Positions 36,423-49,030 of a stretch of DNA of 64,000 nt are shown in pieces (position 1 is the first letter of the stretch; the number at the start of each line of letters is the position of its first letter). The position numbers and the translations under genes are program-made. A model generated the notes under the pieces. It was not told the DNA's origin. It worked only from the letters and a program-made list of their open reading frames with translations, and did not search any database. Source of the stretch: Mobula hypostoma (lineage: Eukaryota); NCBI RefSeq assembly GCF_963921235.1, contig NC_086097.1, positions 116,934,001 through 116,998,000 of the forward strand, written 5' to 3'.

Positions 36423-36639
36423 ACTTAATTATCCAATCAATTTACAACTAACAATTTGTTGTTATGCCTCTCTTAGGCTTCTGCTACCTGAAAATGAACA
36501 GAAGATCCCAACAGACATGGGTTTTATTAATTCTCCCACCTCTTGTGACAAGTATCAATCAAATGTTGGGTACCTGCATATAATTGTAAACTATATACAA
36601 TAGTTCCAAGGTGAAAATATGAAAAAAGCAGTAATACCT

Positions 36640-37508
36640 TGCCTCCAACTTCCAACCTGCCTTTAAAATTCATTTGGTCTATTTCTGACACAACTCTTCC
36701 CTTACTCAATCTCTCTGACTCCATCTCAGGAGACAACTGTCTACTGACATCTTTTATATATCCACCGATTCTCACCGACATCTTGGTGATACCGCTTATC
36801 ATTCTATCATTTGTGAAAATTCAATTCTCTTTTCTCAGTTCCCCCATTCCTTCATCTCTGCCGCATCTGTTCCCAGGGTGAGCCTTTCCTTTCCAGGACA
36901 TCAGATCTGTCCATTTTCTTCAAAGAATCCAGTTTTCCTTCCTTCACTATAGATGATGCTCTCACCTGCATCTCCTCCATTTCCCGGACATCCACGCTTA
37001 CTCCAACTTCCCACTGCCTTAATGGGGAGAGAGTTCCTCATCCTCTTCTACCACTTCATGAGTCTCTGCATTGAACACATCACAACTTCCGCCATTTTCA
37101 ACCGGATCCTACATCTTTATCATCCTTCCAGTCTCTACTTTCCACAGGGATCCCTCCCTCTGTGATTCCCTTGTCCATTCATCCCTCTCAACTAATCTCC
37201 CCCAGTACGTACTCCTGCAAGTGACCAAAAACGCTACAGTTGCCCATTTACCTGCTCCCTTATGTTCATTCAATGTCACAAACAGACTTTCCAGGTGAGG
37301 AAACACTTCACCTGTGAATCTGCTGGGACCATTCACTATATCTGGAGCCCTTGATTTGGCCTCCTCTGCATTGGTGAAACCCTATGAAAATTGGGAGACG
37401 GCTATCTTGAGCACTTCCTCTCTATTCGCTAAGAATGGAATTTCCCAGTGGCCAACCATTTTGAATTCCTATCCCCATTTCTGTTCAGACATGTCGGTCC
37501 ATGGTCCT
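36640..37508 (+). mobile_element. Decayed Penelope-like element (RT thumb to GIY-YIG)
   Basis: LKFIWSISDTTLPLL, FHRDPSLCDSLVHSS and FQVRKHFTCESAG are homologous to ORF 42675-44135. Confidence 0.85.
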
Positions 37509-38211
37509 TGTTGCGCACAACTACATATCAATTAAATAATTGTAGTTATTTACGGTGGGGGTGGGGAGGGAACACTGGCTCAAGTTGTTGTGCTCGCAGG
37601 GGCGGCTGGGTTCTGATGTTCTCAGAGATGTTATTCAAATTCTGAGATTGATGTACTGGACTGTAGTTCAAACTAACCGTAGTTCCTATCGCCCTCTTTC
37701 AGTTCTATGTTTTTTCATGTTCTCACCCTTTCTTTCCTGTTGCCCATTGGCAGGCTGGTGGTTTGAGGCTTGATGTTCTTGCTGTTATTTTCCATGTGGG
37801 TGGTAAGTTAGTAGTTGTGCGAGGGAGGGGTTGGGGAGAGGTTTGGAGTTTACAAGTTTTTGTTTCTTTTTCTTTTCATGTGGGGGGGGGATTGATGTCA
37901 ACAACTATGTTTTTCAGTATTTTATGGCTTTCTGGTGAAGAGCTGTATTCTGCACACTTAATTTGATAATAAAATGAACCTTGAACCTTTGAATCTCTGA
38001 AACATTCGATTTTGTGTGGGTTACTCAAGATATTCAGCATCTGCAGAAACTCTTGTGTTTATTTATTCCAAGTTTTAAATGATATCATAAACTTTTTCAT
38101 TTGACAAAACACGTTTAGGACTTCTTTTCAATGTTGATACAGCTGCCATTTTGGTTTCATTGACTTTTGTATATTCAATATGTATCAACTGATCATGAAT
38201 GCTAAACTGCT

Positions 38212-38395
38212 ACGGTAGCACAGTAGCATAGTGGCCAGTGCAATCACTTTACAGCACTGGCAATCACCGATCTGGATTTGATTCCTGGTGCTGTCTGTAA
38301 GGAGTTTATGTGTTTTTTCACCCCATGACTGTGTTGGTATCCTCTGGGTGCTCCATTTCCTTCCACATTCCAGAGATATACAGGTTAGTAGTGTT
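38212..38395 (+). mobile_element. V-SINE (HE1-like), truncated
   Basis: tagcatagtgg A box, B box-like gatttgattcc, cctctgggtgctccatttcc. Confidence 0.7.
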
Positions 38396-38400
38396 TTGTC

Positions 38401-41040
38401 TGTGTGCAACTACATATCAATTAAATAAAAGCACGCACAGGGGAGATGGATGGCTTTAATAGGTGATTTCACATTGCAGCGAGAGAGAGAGAGAGTCATG
38501 TACATGCTTAGCCAATAGATCATACGCAATGCTGAAGGGGGGGGGTCATTGCTTTAAAAGAAATAGATCAGTACATTATGCTTCCTCCTCCTTTAGACCA
38601 ATGCAGCATAAACCTGTACATGTAAAAAACATTAAATTTCCTTTCATAAACCCATATTCCAAATAGACATACTTTCACAATAATAGTTCAGAGTTAATTT
38701 CACAGTTCTAAAGGATCTGTCTTTTGGAAAGGTACAGTCCTGTTTCTTTCAGGATAGCACCTCTGGGCCTGTGGAGTGGCATCAGGTTTGGTAGGTGTCT
38801 TGTCTACACCAACATTGTCAGTTTCCAGTATAAAGTTACTGTCAGTAACATGATCATTACTGAGAGGTAAGTCCGGTGACTGTAATGTGTCTGTATTGTT
38901 GGATGCAATTGACTCAGCTGAGTTCTTCAGTTGAGCATCCAGTATCTGGTCCATCATCCACTGTGTACATCAGTGGTCCAGTTCTTGTAGCTCTCCTACT
39001 GGGTGTCCACTTGTCCACTCAGTAATCGTGCGCTAGGACTTACCTGTCCAATCTCGAAGCTCCTTGCTGCTTCATTTGGCAACTGGCTGAACTGTTTATT
39101 CTGCACTTTCCTTCTTAATTCTGGTCTCAGGAGGTCTATACAAGATCCCAGATTCCTGTTCATGAACAGCATTTCAGGTGTTTGACTTGTCATCACATGA
39201 GCAGAGTTCCGATACACCAAAGGAAGTTGTCCACCTGGTGCTGTAGAGAAATGTCCTCCGTGTCCATCGCTTTAATGGACTCCTTGAAATTTTGGATAAA
39301 CCTTACAGCTAACCCATTCAGCAAACCCATTCATTGCTGGCTGGTGAGGAGATGACTTGAAATGTCTGATGCCATTTTTCTTCCTGAACAGTCGGAATTC
39401 TTCTGACATGTATTCTGGTCTGATGTCACTCATAATTTGTTCTCTTAAGACGTTTCTGGCAAAGATAGTCCTCAAGATGGAGACAGTCTTCGCTAAAGTG
39501 GTTGACTTCATTGGTATAATCTCTGGCCACTTAGAATGAACATCCACAGCAGTCAGAAACATAGAGTCCATGAATGGCCCAACAAAGTCAATATGTATTC
39601 TTTGCCATGCTGTCGACAGTCACTCCCATGGGTGTAATGGTGTGCTTGGCGGTGTATTTTGAACTTTTTGGAAACCCAAACAGCCTTTGGCCAAGTTTTC
39701 AATCTGCATATCTACAAACGTTTGTATTTTCAGCCACCAGACATAGCCCCGGATGAGGTTCTTCAACTTGACTGTACCCAGGTGTCCTTCATGCAGATTC
39801 TTTAACACTTTATAACTCCTCCCTTGGAGGGTCAGACACCCTGAGCCAATAGGCTGGTCCTGGACTTATTTCCTGGCATAATTTACATATTATATTTAAC
39901 TATTTATGGTTTTTATTATTACTATTTAATTATTTATGGTGCAACTGTAACGAAAACCAATTTCCCCCAGGATCAATAAAGTATGACTATGACTAAGACT
40001 ATGACGATGGTGTGCAGTCTAGAGGTAAACACAACATGATTTCCACACCTTTATGTTCTTTGACATACTGACAGTTGGTCTCCTCTCGCTGAGAACTCTG
40101 GAAACATAGGGTTACCATGACCTTGCCATCCTTGCATCATGATTTCATAGACTTTGACAATGTCCAGACATTCCTTGTTTTCCCTTGTATTTCAGAGTTT
40201 GTTATGTGCAACTGGTCTACCATTGCAGTGTGGAACATTTCTGCTGGGTCACAGTATGAAGATTTTTCTTCTTCAGTTGCCAATAGTGGAAGACATGACA
40301 AACCATCAGCATTGCTGTGTTGTTTGGTACCCATATCACAAGAGTGGGCTCCTAGGATTAGTGCCCAACATTGTAACGGGGTAGCAGTCATCACTGGAAT
40401 TCCATTCCTGGGATTGAAAATGGACATAAAGGGCTGGTGATGGGCAGTGATGGGTCAGAATGGGTGAGCAGTTCATCGGACGTTACTAGTCTCTTTGTTT
40501 CCTTGAATGCTTTTTCACATCTTTCTGACCATTCCCACTTTGCTCCTGTCTGCAATAGTATCCTCAATGGATGCTGCACTGTAGCAGTGTTTGGCTGGAA
40601 CAGGTGGCAGTAGTTTACAAGTCCCAAGTATGACCTGACTTGTGACACATTATCTGGTTTGGGTGCCTGTAGCACTGTTTCAAGCTTCTCTTGAGACTTA
40701 TGTAAGCCATGCTTGTCAATGACATGTCCACAATATGAGATTTCATTCTTGAAAAACTCACTTTTCTCTCTCTTTGTGTGCAGACCGTACTCACTCAGCC
40801 CGGTAAGCACTTTACCAAGGTTCTGGAGGAACTCTTCATCATTCTTTCCACTCGCAATGATGCCATCAAGATAGCATTGTGTTCCTAGGATCTCCTGGAA
40901 CACTTGGTCCATTGGTCTTTGCCAAATTGCTGGAGCTGATGCAACACCAAAGATGAGACGATTATACTGGAACAGTCCCTTGTGATTGTTGATTGTGAGG
41001 AACTTCCTGCTTGACTCCTCAATCTCTATTTACAGATAGG
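38401..41040 (-). mobile_element. Mag-like Gypsy pol pseudogene with PPT and 3' LTR
   Basis: RT GLFQYNRLIFGVASAP..MDQ..CYLDG, then H.NADGLS, LHEGHLG..YVWW and integrase VDVHSKWPE..SSPHQPAMNG. PPT at 38582-38594 and short LTR at ~38401-38580. A LINE tail is inserted at ~39815-40006. Confidence 0.88.
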
Positions 41041-41606
41041 CTTAGAAACATAAAAACATAGAAAACTACAGCACATTACAGGCTCTTTGGCCCAAACGTT
41101 GTGCTAACCCTGTAACCTACTAGAGAAACTGCCTAGGATTTCCCAACCGCATTGCCCTCTATTTTTCTAAGCTCCATGTAGAACCATAGAACCATAGAAC
41201 ATTACAGCACAGAAACAGGCCTTTTGGCCCTTCTTGGCTGTGCCGAACCATTTTTCTGCCTAGTCCCACTGACCTGCACCTGGACCATATCCTTCCATAC
41301 ACCTCTCATCCATGTACCTGTCCAAGTTTTTCTTAAGTGTTAAAAGTGAGCCCACATTTACCACTTCATCTGACAGCTCATTCCACACTCCCACCACTCT
41401 CTGTGTGAAGAAGCCCCCCCCCATGTTCCCTTTAAACTATTCCCCCTTCACCCTTAACCCATGTCCTCTATTTTTTTTTCTCCCCTTGCCTCAGTGGAAA
41501 AAGCCTGCTTGTACCCATCATAATTTTATATACCTCTATCAAATCTCCCCTCATTCTTCTATGCTCCAGGGAATAAAGTCCTAACCTATTCAACCTTTCT
41601 CTGTAA

Positions 41607-41735
41607 CCTTTCTCTTTCTCTTTTTTTTTCAGGTAGGAGTATATATCGAGGGGAAGGGTTAAGGGGAGGGGGGAGGGTAGACATTATTTTTTCATGTATT
41701 CACTTTGAAAACTCAATAAAAATTATATTAAAAAA
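41607..41735 (+). mobile_element. Short poly(A)-tailed retroposon 3' end (L1/Tx1-style)
   Basis: AATAAA at 41715-41720, A tail, and an exact 15-bp TSD AACCTTTCTCTGTAA (41592-41606 and 41736-41750). Confidence 0.8.
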
Positions 41736-42280
41736 AACCTTTCTCTGTAATTCAGTTTCTCAAGTCCCAGCAACATCCTTGTAAACCTTCTCTGCATTCT
41801 TTCAACCTTATTAATATCCTTCCTGTAATTTGGTGACCAAAACTGCACACAATACTCCAAATTTGGCCTCACCAATGCCTTATACAACCTCACCATAACA
41901 TTTCAACTCATATGCTCAATACTTTGATTTATAAAGGCCAATGTACCAAAAGCTCTCTTTACGACCCTATCTACCTGTGACGCCACATTTAAGGAATTTT
42001 GTACCTGTATTCCCAGATCCTTCTGTTCTACTGCACTCCTCAGTGCCCTACCATTTACCTTGTATGTTCTACCTTGGTTTGTCCTTCCAAAGTGCAATAC
42101 CTCACACTTGTCTGTATTAAACTTCATCTGCCATTTTCAGCCCATTTTTCCAGCTGGTCCAAATCCCTCTGCAAGCTTTGAAAACCTTCCTCACTGTCCA
42201 CTACACCTCTTATCTTCGTATCATCAGCAAATTTGCTGATCCAACTTAGTACATTAATATCCAGATCATTGATACATTGA

Positions 42281-44145
42281 AACAACATACATCAAAGTTG
42301 CTGGTGAACGCAGCAGGCCAGGCAGCATCTATAGGAAGAGGCGCAGTCGACGTTTCAGGCCGAGACCCTTCGTCAGGACTAACTGAAGGAAGAGTGAGTA
42401 AGGGATTTGAAAGCTGGAGGGGGAGGGGGAGATGCAAAATGATAGGAGAAGACAGGAGGGGGAGGGATGGAGCCGAGAGCTGGACAGGTGATAGGCAGAA
42501 GGGGATACGAGAGGATCATGGGACAGGAGGTCCGGGAAGAATGACAGGGGGGGGGGTGACCCAGAGGATGGGCAAGAGGTATATTCAGAGGGACAGAGGG
42601 AGAAAAAGGAGAGTGAGAGAAAGAATGTGTGCATTAAAAAGAGTAACAGATGGGGTACGAGGGGGAGGTGGGGCCTAGTGGAAGTTAGAGAAGTCAATGT
42701 TCATGCCATCAGGTTGGAGGCTACCCAGACGGAATATAAGGTGTTGTTCCTCCAACCTGAGTGTGGCTTCATCTTTACAGTAGAGGAGGCCGTGGATAGA
42801 CATGTCAGAATGGGAATGGGATGTGGAATTAAAATGTGTGGCCACTGGGAGATCCTGCTTTCTCTGGCGGACAGAGCGTAGATGTTCAGCAAAGCGGTCT
42901 CCCAGTCTGCGTCGGGTCTCACCAATATATAAAAGGCCACATCGGGAGCACCGGACGCAGTATATCACCCCAGTCGACTCACAGGTGAAGTGATGCCTCA
43001 CCTGGAAGGACTGTTTGGGGCCCTGAATGGTGGTAAGGGAGGAAGTGTAAGGGCATGTGTAGCACTCGTTCCGCTTACACGGATAAGTGCCAGCAGGGAG
43101 ATCAGTGGGGAGGGATGGGGGGGACGAATGGACAAGGGAGTTGTGTAGGGAGCGATCCCTGCGGAATGCAGAGAGAGGCGGGGAGGGAAAGATATGCTTA
43201 GTGGTGGGATCCCGTTGGAGGTGGCGGAAGTTACGGAGAATAATATGTTGGACCCGGAGGCTGGTGGGGTGGTAGGTGAGGACCAGGGGAACCCTATTCC
43301 TAGTGGGGTGGTGGGAGGATGGAGTGAGAGCAGATGTACGTGAAATGGGGGAGATGCGTTTAAGAGCAGAGTTGATAGTGGAGGAAGGGAAGCCCCTTTC
43401 TTTAAAAAATGAAGACATCTCCCTCGTCCTAGAATGAAAAGCCTCATCCTGAGAGCAGATGCGGCGGAGACGGAGGAATTGCGAGAAGGGGATGGCGTTT
43501 TTGCAAGAGACAGGGTGAGAAGAGGAATAGTCCAGATAGTTGTGAGAGTCAGTAGGCTTATAGTAGACATCAGTGGATAAGCTGTCTCCAGAGACAGAGA
43601 CAGAAAGATCTAGAAAGGGGAGGGAGGTGTCAGAAATGGACCAGGTAAACTTGAGGGCAGGGTGAAAGTTGGAGGCAAAGTTAATAAAGTCAACGAGTTC
43701 TGCATGCGTGCAGGAAGCAGCGCCAATGCAGTCGTCGATGTAGCGAAGGAAAAGTGGGGGACAGATACCAGAATAGGCACGGAACATAGATTGTTCCACA
43801 AACCCAACAAAAAGGCAGGCATAGCTAGGACCCATACGCGTTCCCATAGCTACACCTTTAGTTTGGAGGAAATGGGAGGAGCAAAAGGAGAAATTATTAA
43901 GAGTAAGGACTAATTCTGCTAGACGGAGCAGAGTGGTGGTAGAGGGGAACTGATTAGGTCTGGAATCCAAAAAGAACCGTAGAGCTTTGAGACCTTCCTG
44001 ATGGGGGATGGAAGTATATAGGGACTGGACATCCAAGGTGAAAATAAAAGCGGTGGGGGCCAGGGAACTTAAAATCATCGAAAAGTTTAAGAGCGTGAGA
44101 AGTGTCACGAACATAGGTCGGAAGGGATTGAACAAGGGGTGATAA
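42281..44145 (-). mobile_element. Young 5'-truncated Penelope-like retroelement (RT and GIY-YIG endonuclease)
   Basis: LDVQSLYTSIP, QTKGVAMGT, RYIDD, FLDL and VIY..C..C..YIGETRRRL..RFAEH motifs. One frameshift near 44045. 13-bp TSD ATTGATACATTGA (42268-42280 and 44146-44158). Confidence 0.95.
42345..42380 (-). ncRNA. Minimal type I hammerhead ribozyme motif
   Basis: AGTC-CTGACGA-AGG(GTCTCGG)CCT-GAAA-CGTC/GACT: helix I AGTC/GACT, CUGANGA, helix II, GAAA, palindromic ACGT, GUC cleavage triplet. Confidence 0.8.
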
Positions 44146-44221
44146 ATTGATACATTGATATAGATGACAAATACAATGGACCCAGCACTGATCCCTGTGG
44201 TGCACCATTAGTCACAGGTAC

Positions 44222-46935
44222 TATGATATACATGTACCTATCTACGAGTCTCTAAAAAGACCCAATTGTATCCGCCTCTACCACCTTCACTGGCAGTGTA
44301 TTCCATGCACCCACCACTCTCCATGTGAAAAACTTACCTTTGATATCCAACTCATACCCACTTCCAAGCACCTTAAAACTATGCCCCCTCATGATAGCCA
44401 TTTCAGCCCTGAGAAAAAGCCTCTGGCTATCGACACGATCAATGCCTATCATCATCATATGCACCTCTATCAGGTCACCTCTCATCCTCAGTCGCTCCAA
44501 GGAGAAAAGGCCAAGTTCACTCAACCTATTCTCATAGGGCACGCTCCCCAATCCAGGCAACATCCTTGTAAGTCTCCTCTGCACCCTTTCTATGGTTTCC
44601 ACATCCTTCCTGTAGTGAGGTGCCAGAAATGAGCACAGTACTCCAAGTGGGGTCTAACTAAGGTCTTATACAGCTGTAACATTACCTCAAGGCTCTTGAA
44701 CTCAATCCCATGGTTGATGAAAGCCAATGCACTGTATGCCTTCTTAACAACACTGTCAACCTGTGCAGCAGCTTTGAGTATCCTATGGACTCGGACCCCA
44801 AGATCTCTCAGAACCTCCACACTGCCAAGATCTTACCTATAGTATTATATTCTGTCTTCAAATTTGATCTACCAAAATGAACCACTTCACACTTAGTTGG
44901 GTTGAACTATATCTGCTAGTTCTGCATCCTATTGATGTCCCACTGTAACCTCTGACAACCCTCCAGATTGTCCACAACACCCCCAACCTTTGTGTCATCA
45001 GCCAACTTACTAACCCACCTTTCTACTTCCTCTTCTAGGACATTTATAAAAATCACAAAGAGTAGGGATCCCAGAACAGATCCCTGAGGCACACCACTGG
45101 TCACCGGCCTCTATGCAGAATATGGCCCATCTACAATGACCCTTTGTCTCCTGTGGGCAAGTCAGTTCGGGATCCACAAAGCAGGGTCTTTGCATCCCAT
45201 GCCTCTTTACTTTCTGAATGAGCCGTGCCTGGGGAACCTTATCAAATGCCTTACTGAAATCCATATACACTACATCCACTGCTCTACCCTCTTCAATGTG
45301 TTTTGTTACATCCTCAAAGAATTCAATCAGACTCGTAAAGAACGACCTGCCCTTGACAAAACCATGCTGCTTATCTCTAATTGGATTATGTCTCTCCAAA
45401 TGCTCGTAAATCCTGCCTTTCAGGACTTCTCTAACAATTTACCCACTACTGAAGTAAGACTCACTGGTCTACAATTTTCTGGATTATCTCCACTCCCTTT
45501 CTTGAACAAATTCGCAACCCTCCAATCCTCCAGTACTTCTCCCGTCCTTATTGATGATGGAAAGATCATCGCAAGAAGCTTAGCAATCTCCTCCCTTGCC
45601 TCCCATAGTAGCATAGGGTATATCTCGTCCAGTCCCAGTGACTTACCTAACTTAATATCTTTCAAAACTTGCAGCACATCATCTTACTTAATGTCTATAC
45701 ACTCAAGCATTTCAGTCTACTGTAAGTCAACCCCTTAAATGCCGAGGTCGTTTTTGCTGGTGAACACTGAAGCGAAGTATTCTTTAAGTACCTCTACTAT
45801 CCATTTGGTTCCATGCACATGTCTCCACTATCACTTCTGATTCGTCCTATTCTCACACCATTCATCCTCTTGCTCTTCACATACTTGTAGAATGCTTTGG
45901 GGTTTTCCATTATCCTGCTCGCCAAGGCCTTCTCATGGCAACTTCTAGCTCTCCTATTTTCATTCCTCAACTCATTCCTGGCACCCTTGCAATTTTCTGG
46001 AGCTCTAACAGTACCTAGTTTCTTGAACCTTTCATAAGCTTTTATTTTCTTAACTAGATTTTCTACATCCCTTGTACACCATGGTTCCTTTACCCTGCCA
46101 TCCTTTCCCTGCCTCAGTGGAACATACCTATGCAGAACGCCATACAAAATTTTCCCAAACAGATGCCACCTTTCTGCCATGCATTCCCCTGAGAACACCT
46201 GCTCCCAATTTATGTTCCCATGTTCCTGCCTAATAGCATCATATTTCCCTCTACCCTAATTAAATGTATTCTCAAATTGTCTGCTCCTATCCCTCTCCAG
46301 CACTATGGTAAAGGAGATAGAGTTGTGATTACTACCTCCAAAATGCTTTCCCGCTGAGAGATCTGACACCTGACCAGGTTCATTTCCCAGTGCCAGATCA
46401 AGTACAGCCTCTCTCTAGTTGACTCATCTACAAATTGCATCAGGAAATCCTCCTGAACGCATTTAATACACTCCACCCCATCCAAACCCCTTGGTCTAAG
46501 AAGATGCCAGTCAATATTAGGAAATTTAAAATCTCCCATCACAATAATCCTATTATTATTGCACCGTTCCAGAATCTGTCTCCCTATCTGCTCCTCGATG
46601 TCTCTATTACTATCTGGGGTGGGGAGGAGTCCATAAAAAAACATCCAGTAGAGTTATTTCCCCTTTTCTGTTTCTGACTTCCACCCACTCTGCCTCAATA
46701 GATAACCCCTCCATGACTTCCTCCTTTTCTGCAGCTGTGATGCTATCCCTGATTAGCAGTGCCACTCCCACACCTCTTTTGCTTCTCTCCCCGCCCCTTT
46801 TAAACATCAATGCCTGGCACACTCAGCAGCCTTTCCTGCCCCTGAGCCATCCAAGTCTCTGTAATGGCTGCAACAACGTAGTTCCATGTATTGATCCATG
46901 CTGTAAGTTAATCCACCTTGCTTATGATACTCCTT
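44222..46935 (-). mobile_element. CR1 LINE, near-complete decayed ORF2 (APE endonuclease and RT)
   Basis: ARSII..AITETW, GVGVALL, IIVMGDF..PNIDW, QHGF, YMDFSKAFDKVP, GVPQGSVLG and ADD motifs spread over frameshifted ORFs. Confidence 0.92.
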
Positions 46936-49030
46936 GCATCACTGAATCGTGGCTGAAGGATGGTTGTAGTTGGGAGTTGAATGTCCAAAGTTACACATTG
47001 TATTGGAGGGATAGGAAAGCAGGCAGAGGGGGAGGCGTGGCTCTGCTGGTAAAGAATGGCATCAAATCAGTAGAAAGATGTGACATAGGATCGGAAGATG
47101 TTGAATCCTTGTGGGCTGACTTAAGAAACTACGAGGGTAAAAGGACCCTGATGGCAGTTATATACAGGCCCTGATGGCTGGGAGTTTGGACCACAGTTTA
47201 CAACAGGAAATAGAAAAGCCAAGTCAAAAGGGCAATGCTATGGGTAGTCATGGGAGATTTTAACATGTAGGTCAACTGGAAAAATCAGGTTTGTAATGGA
47301 TATCAAGAGAGTGAGCTTGTTGAATGCCTAAAAGGTAGCTTTTTAGAGCAGTTTGTCATTGAGCCTACTAGGGGATCAGCTATACTGGATTGGGTGTTAT
47401 GTAATGAACAAGAGGCGATTAGGGAGCTTAAGGTAGAAGAACCCTTAGGAGCCAGTGATCACACTATGAGTGTGTTCAACTTGAAATTTGATAGGGAGAA
47501 AGTAAAGCCGGATGTAGCAGGATTTCTGTGGAGTAAGGGAAATTACAGTGGTATGAGAGAAGAATTGGCCAAAGTAAATTGGAAGCAGCTGCTGGCAGGA
47601 ATGCATTTCTGGGGGAAATGAGGAAGGTGCAGGACATGTGTATTTCAAAAATGAAGAAATACTCAAATGATAAAATAGTACAACCATGGCTGACAAGGGA
47701 AGTCAAAGCTATTGTAAAAGCAAATGAAAGGGCATACAACAAAGCAAAAAATAGTGGAACAATAGAGGATTGGAAAGTTTTTAAAAATCTACAGAGAACA
47801 ATTTAAAAAATCATTAGAAGGGAAAAGATTAAATATGAAAGCATGCTAGCAAATAATATCAAAGTGGAATACAAAAGTTTTTTCAAGTATGTTAAAAGTA
47901 AAAGAGAAATGAGCGTGGTTATAAGACCACTGTAAAATGAGGCAGGAGAAATAATAACGGTGGATAAGGAGATGGTGGATGAATTAAATGAGTATTTTAC
48001 ATCAGTCTTCACTGTGGAAGGCACTAGCAGTATGCCTAATGTTATAGTGTATGAAGGAAGAGAAGTGAGTGCAGTTACTATTACAAGGGAGAAGGTGCTC
48101 AAAAAGCTGAAAGACCTAAAGGTACATAAGTCACTCGGACCAGATGAACTGCACCCTAGGGTTCTGAAAGAGGTAGCATTAGAGATTATGGCGGCATTAG
48201 AAATGATCTTTCAAAAATCATTGGACTCTGGCATGGTGCCAGAGGACTGGAAATTTGCAAGTGTCATTCCACTCTTTAGGAAAGGAGAAAGGCACCAGAA
48301 AGAAAATTATAGACTAGTTTGTCTGACCTCACTGGTTGGGAAGGTGTTAGAGTCAATTGTTAAGGATGAGGTGATGGAGTACTTGGTGACACAGGACAAG
48401 ATAGTACAAAGTCAGCATGGTTTCCCTCAGGAAAAATCCTGCCTGACAAACCTGTTGGAATTCTTTGAAGAGATTACAAGCAGGATAGATAAAGGGGAAG
48501 TAGTGGATGTTGTATATTTGGACTTTCAGAAGACCTATGACAAGGTGGCACACATGAGGGTGCTTACCAAGTTAAGAGCCCATGGTATTACAGGAAAGTT
48601 ACCAACATGGTTAGAGCATTGACTGATGGGTAGGAAGCAGCAAGTGGTAATAAAAGGATCCTTTTCTGGTTGGCTGACAGTGACTAGTGGTGTTCTGCAG
48701 GAGTTTCTGTTGGGACCACTTCTTTTTATGCCGTATATAAATGATATAGATGATGGAATAGATGGTTTTGTTGCCAAGTTTGCAGATGATACAAAGATTG
48801 GTGGAGGATCAGGTAGTGTTGAGGAAACAGGTTGGATGTAAAAGGACTTAGACAGATTTAGGGGAATGGACAAGAAAGTGGTAAATCAAATACAATGTTG
48901 GAAAATGCATGGTCATGCACTTGGATAGTAGAAATAAATGTGTGGACTGTTTTCTAAATGGGGAGAATATCCAGGAATCTGAGGTGCAGAGGGACTTGGG
49001 AGTCATTGTGCAGAACATCCTGAAGGACTG
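46936..49030 (+). mobile_element. CR1 LINE decayed ORF2 of a different subfamily
   Basis: ITESWL, GGGVALL, VIYRP, GPDELHPRVLKE, QHGF..SCLTNL, YLDFQK and FADDTK motifs. Confidence 0.92.

Larger units (their letters stand above)
41045..44220 (-). mobile_element. CR1 3' portions hosting two younger insertions
   Basis: (TAGAACCA)n tails and MKFNTDKCEVLHFG motif. The host sequence resumes at 44159. Confidence 0.85.
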
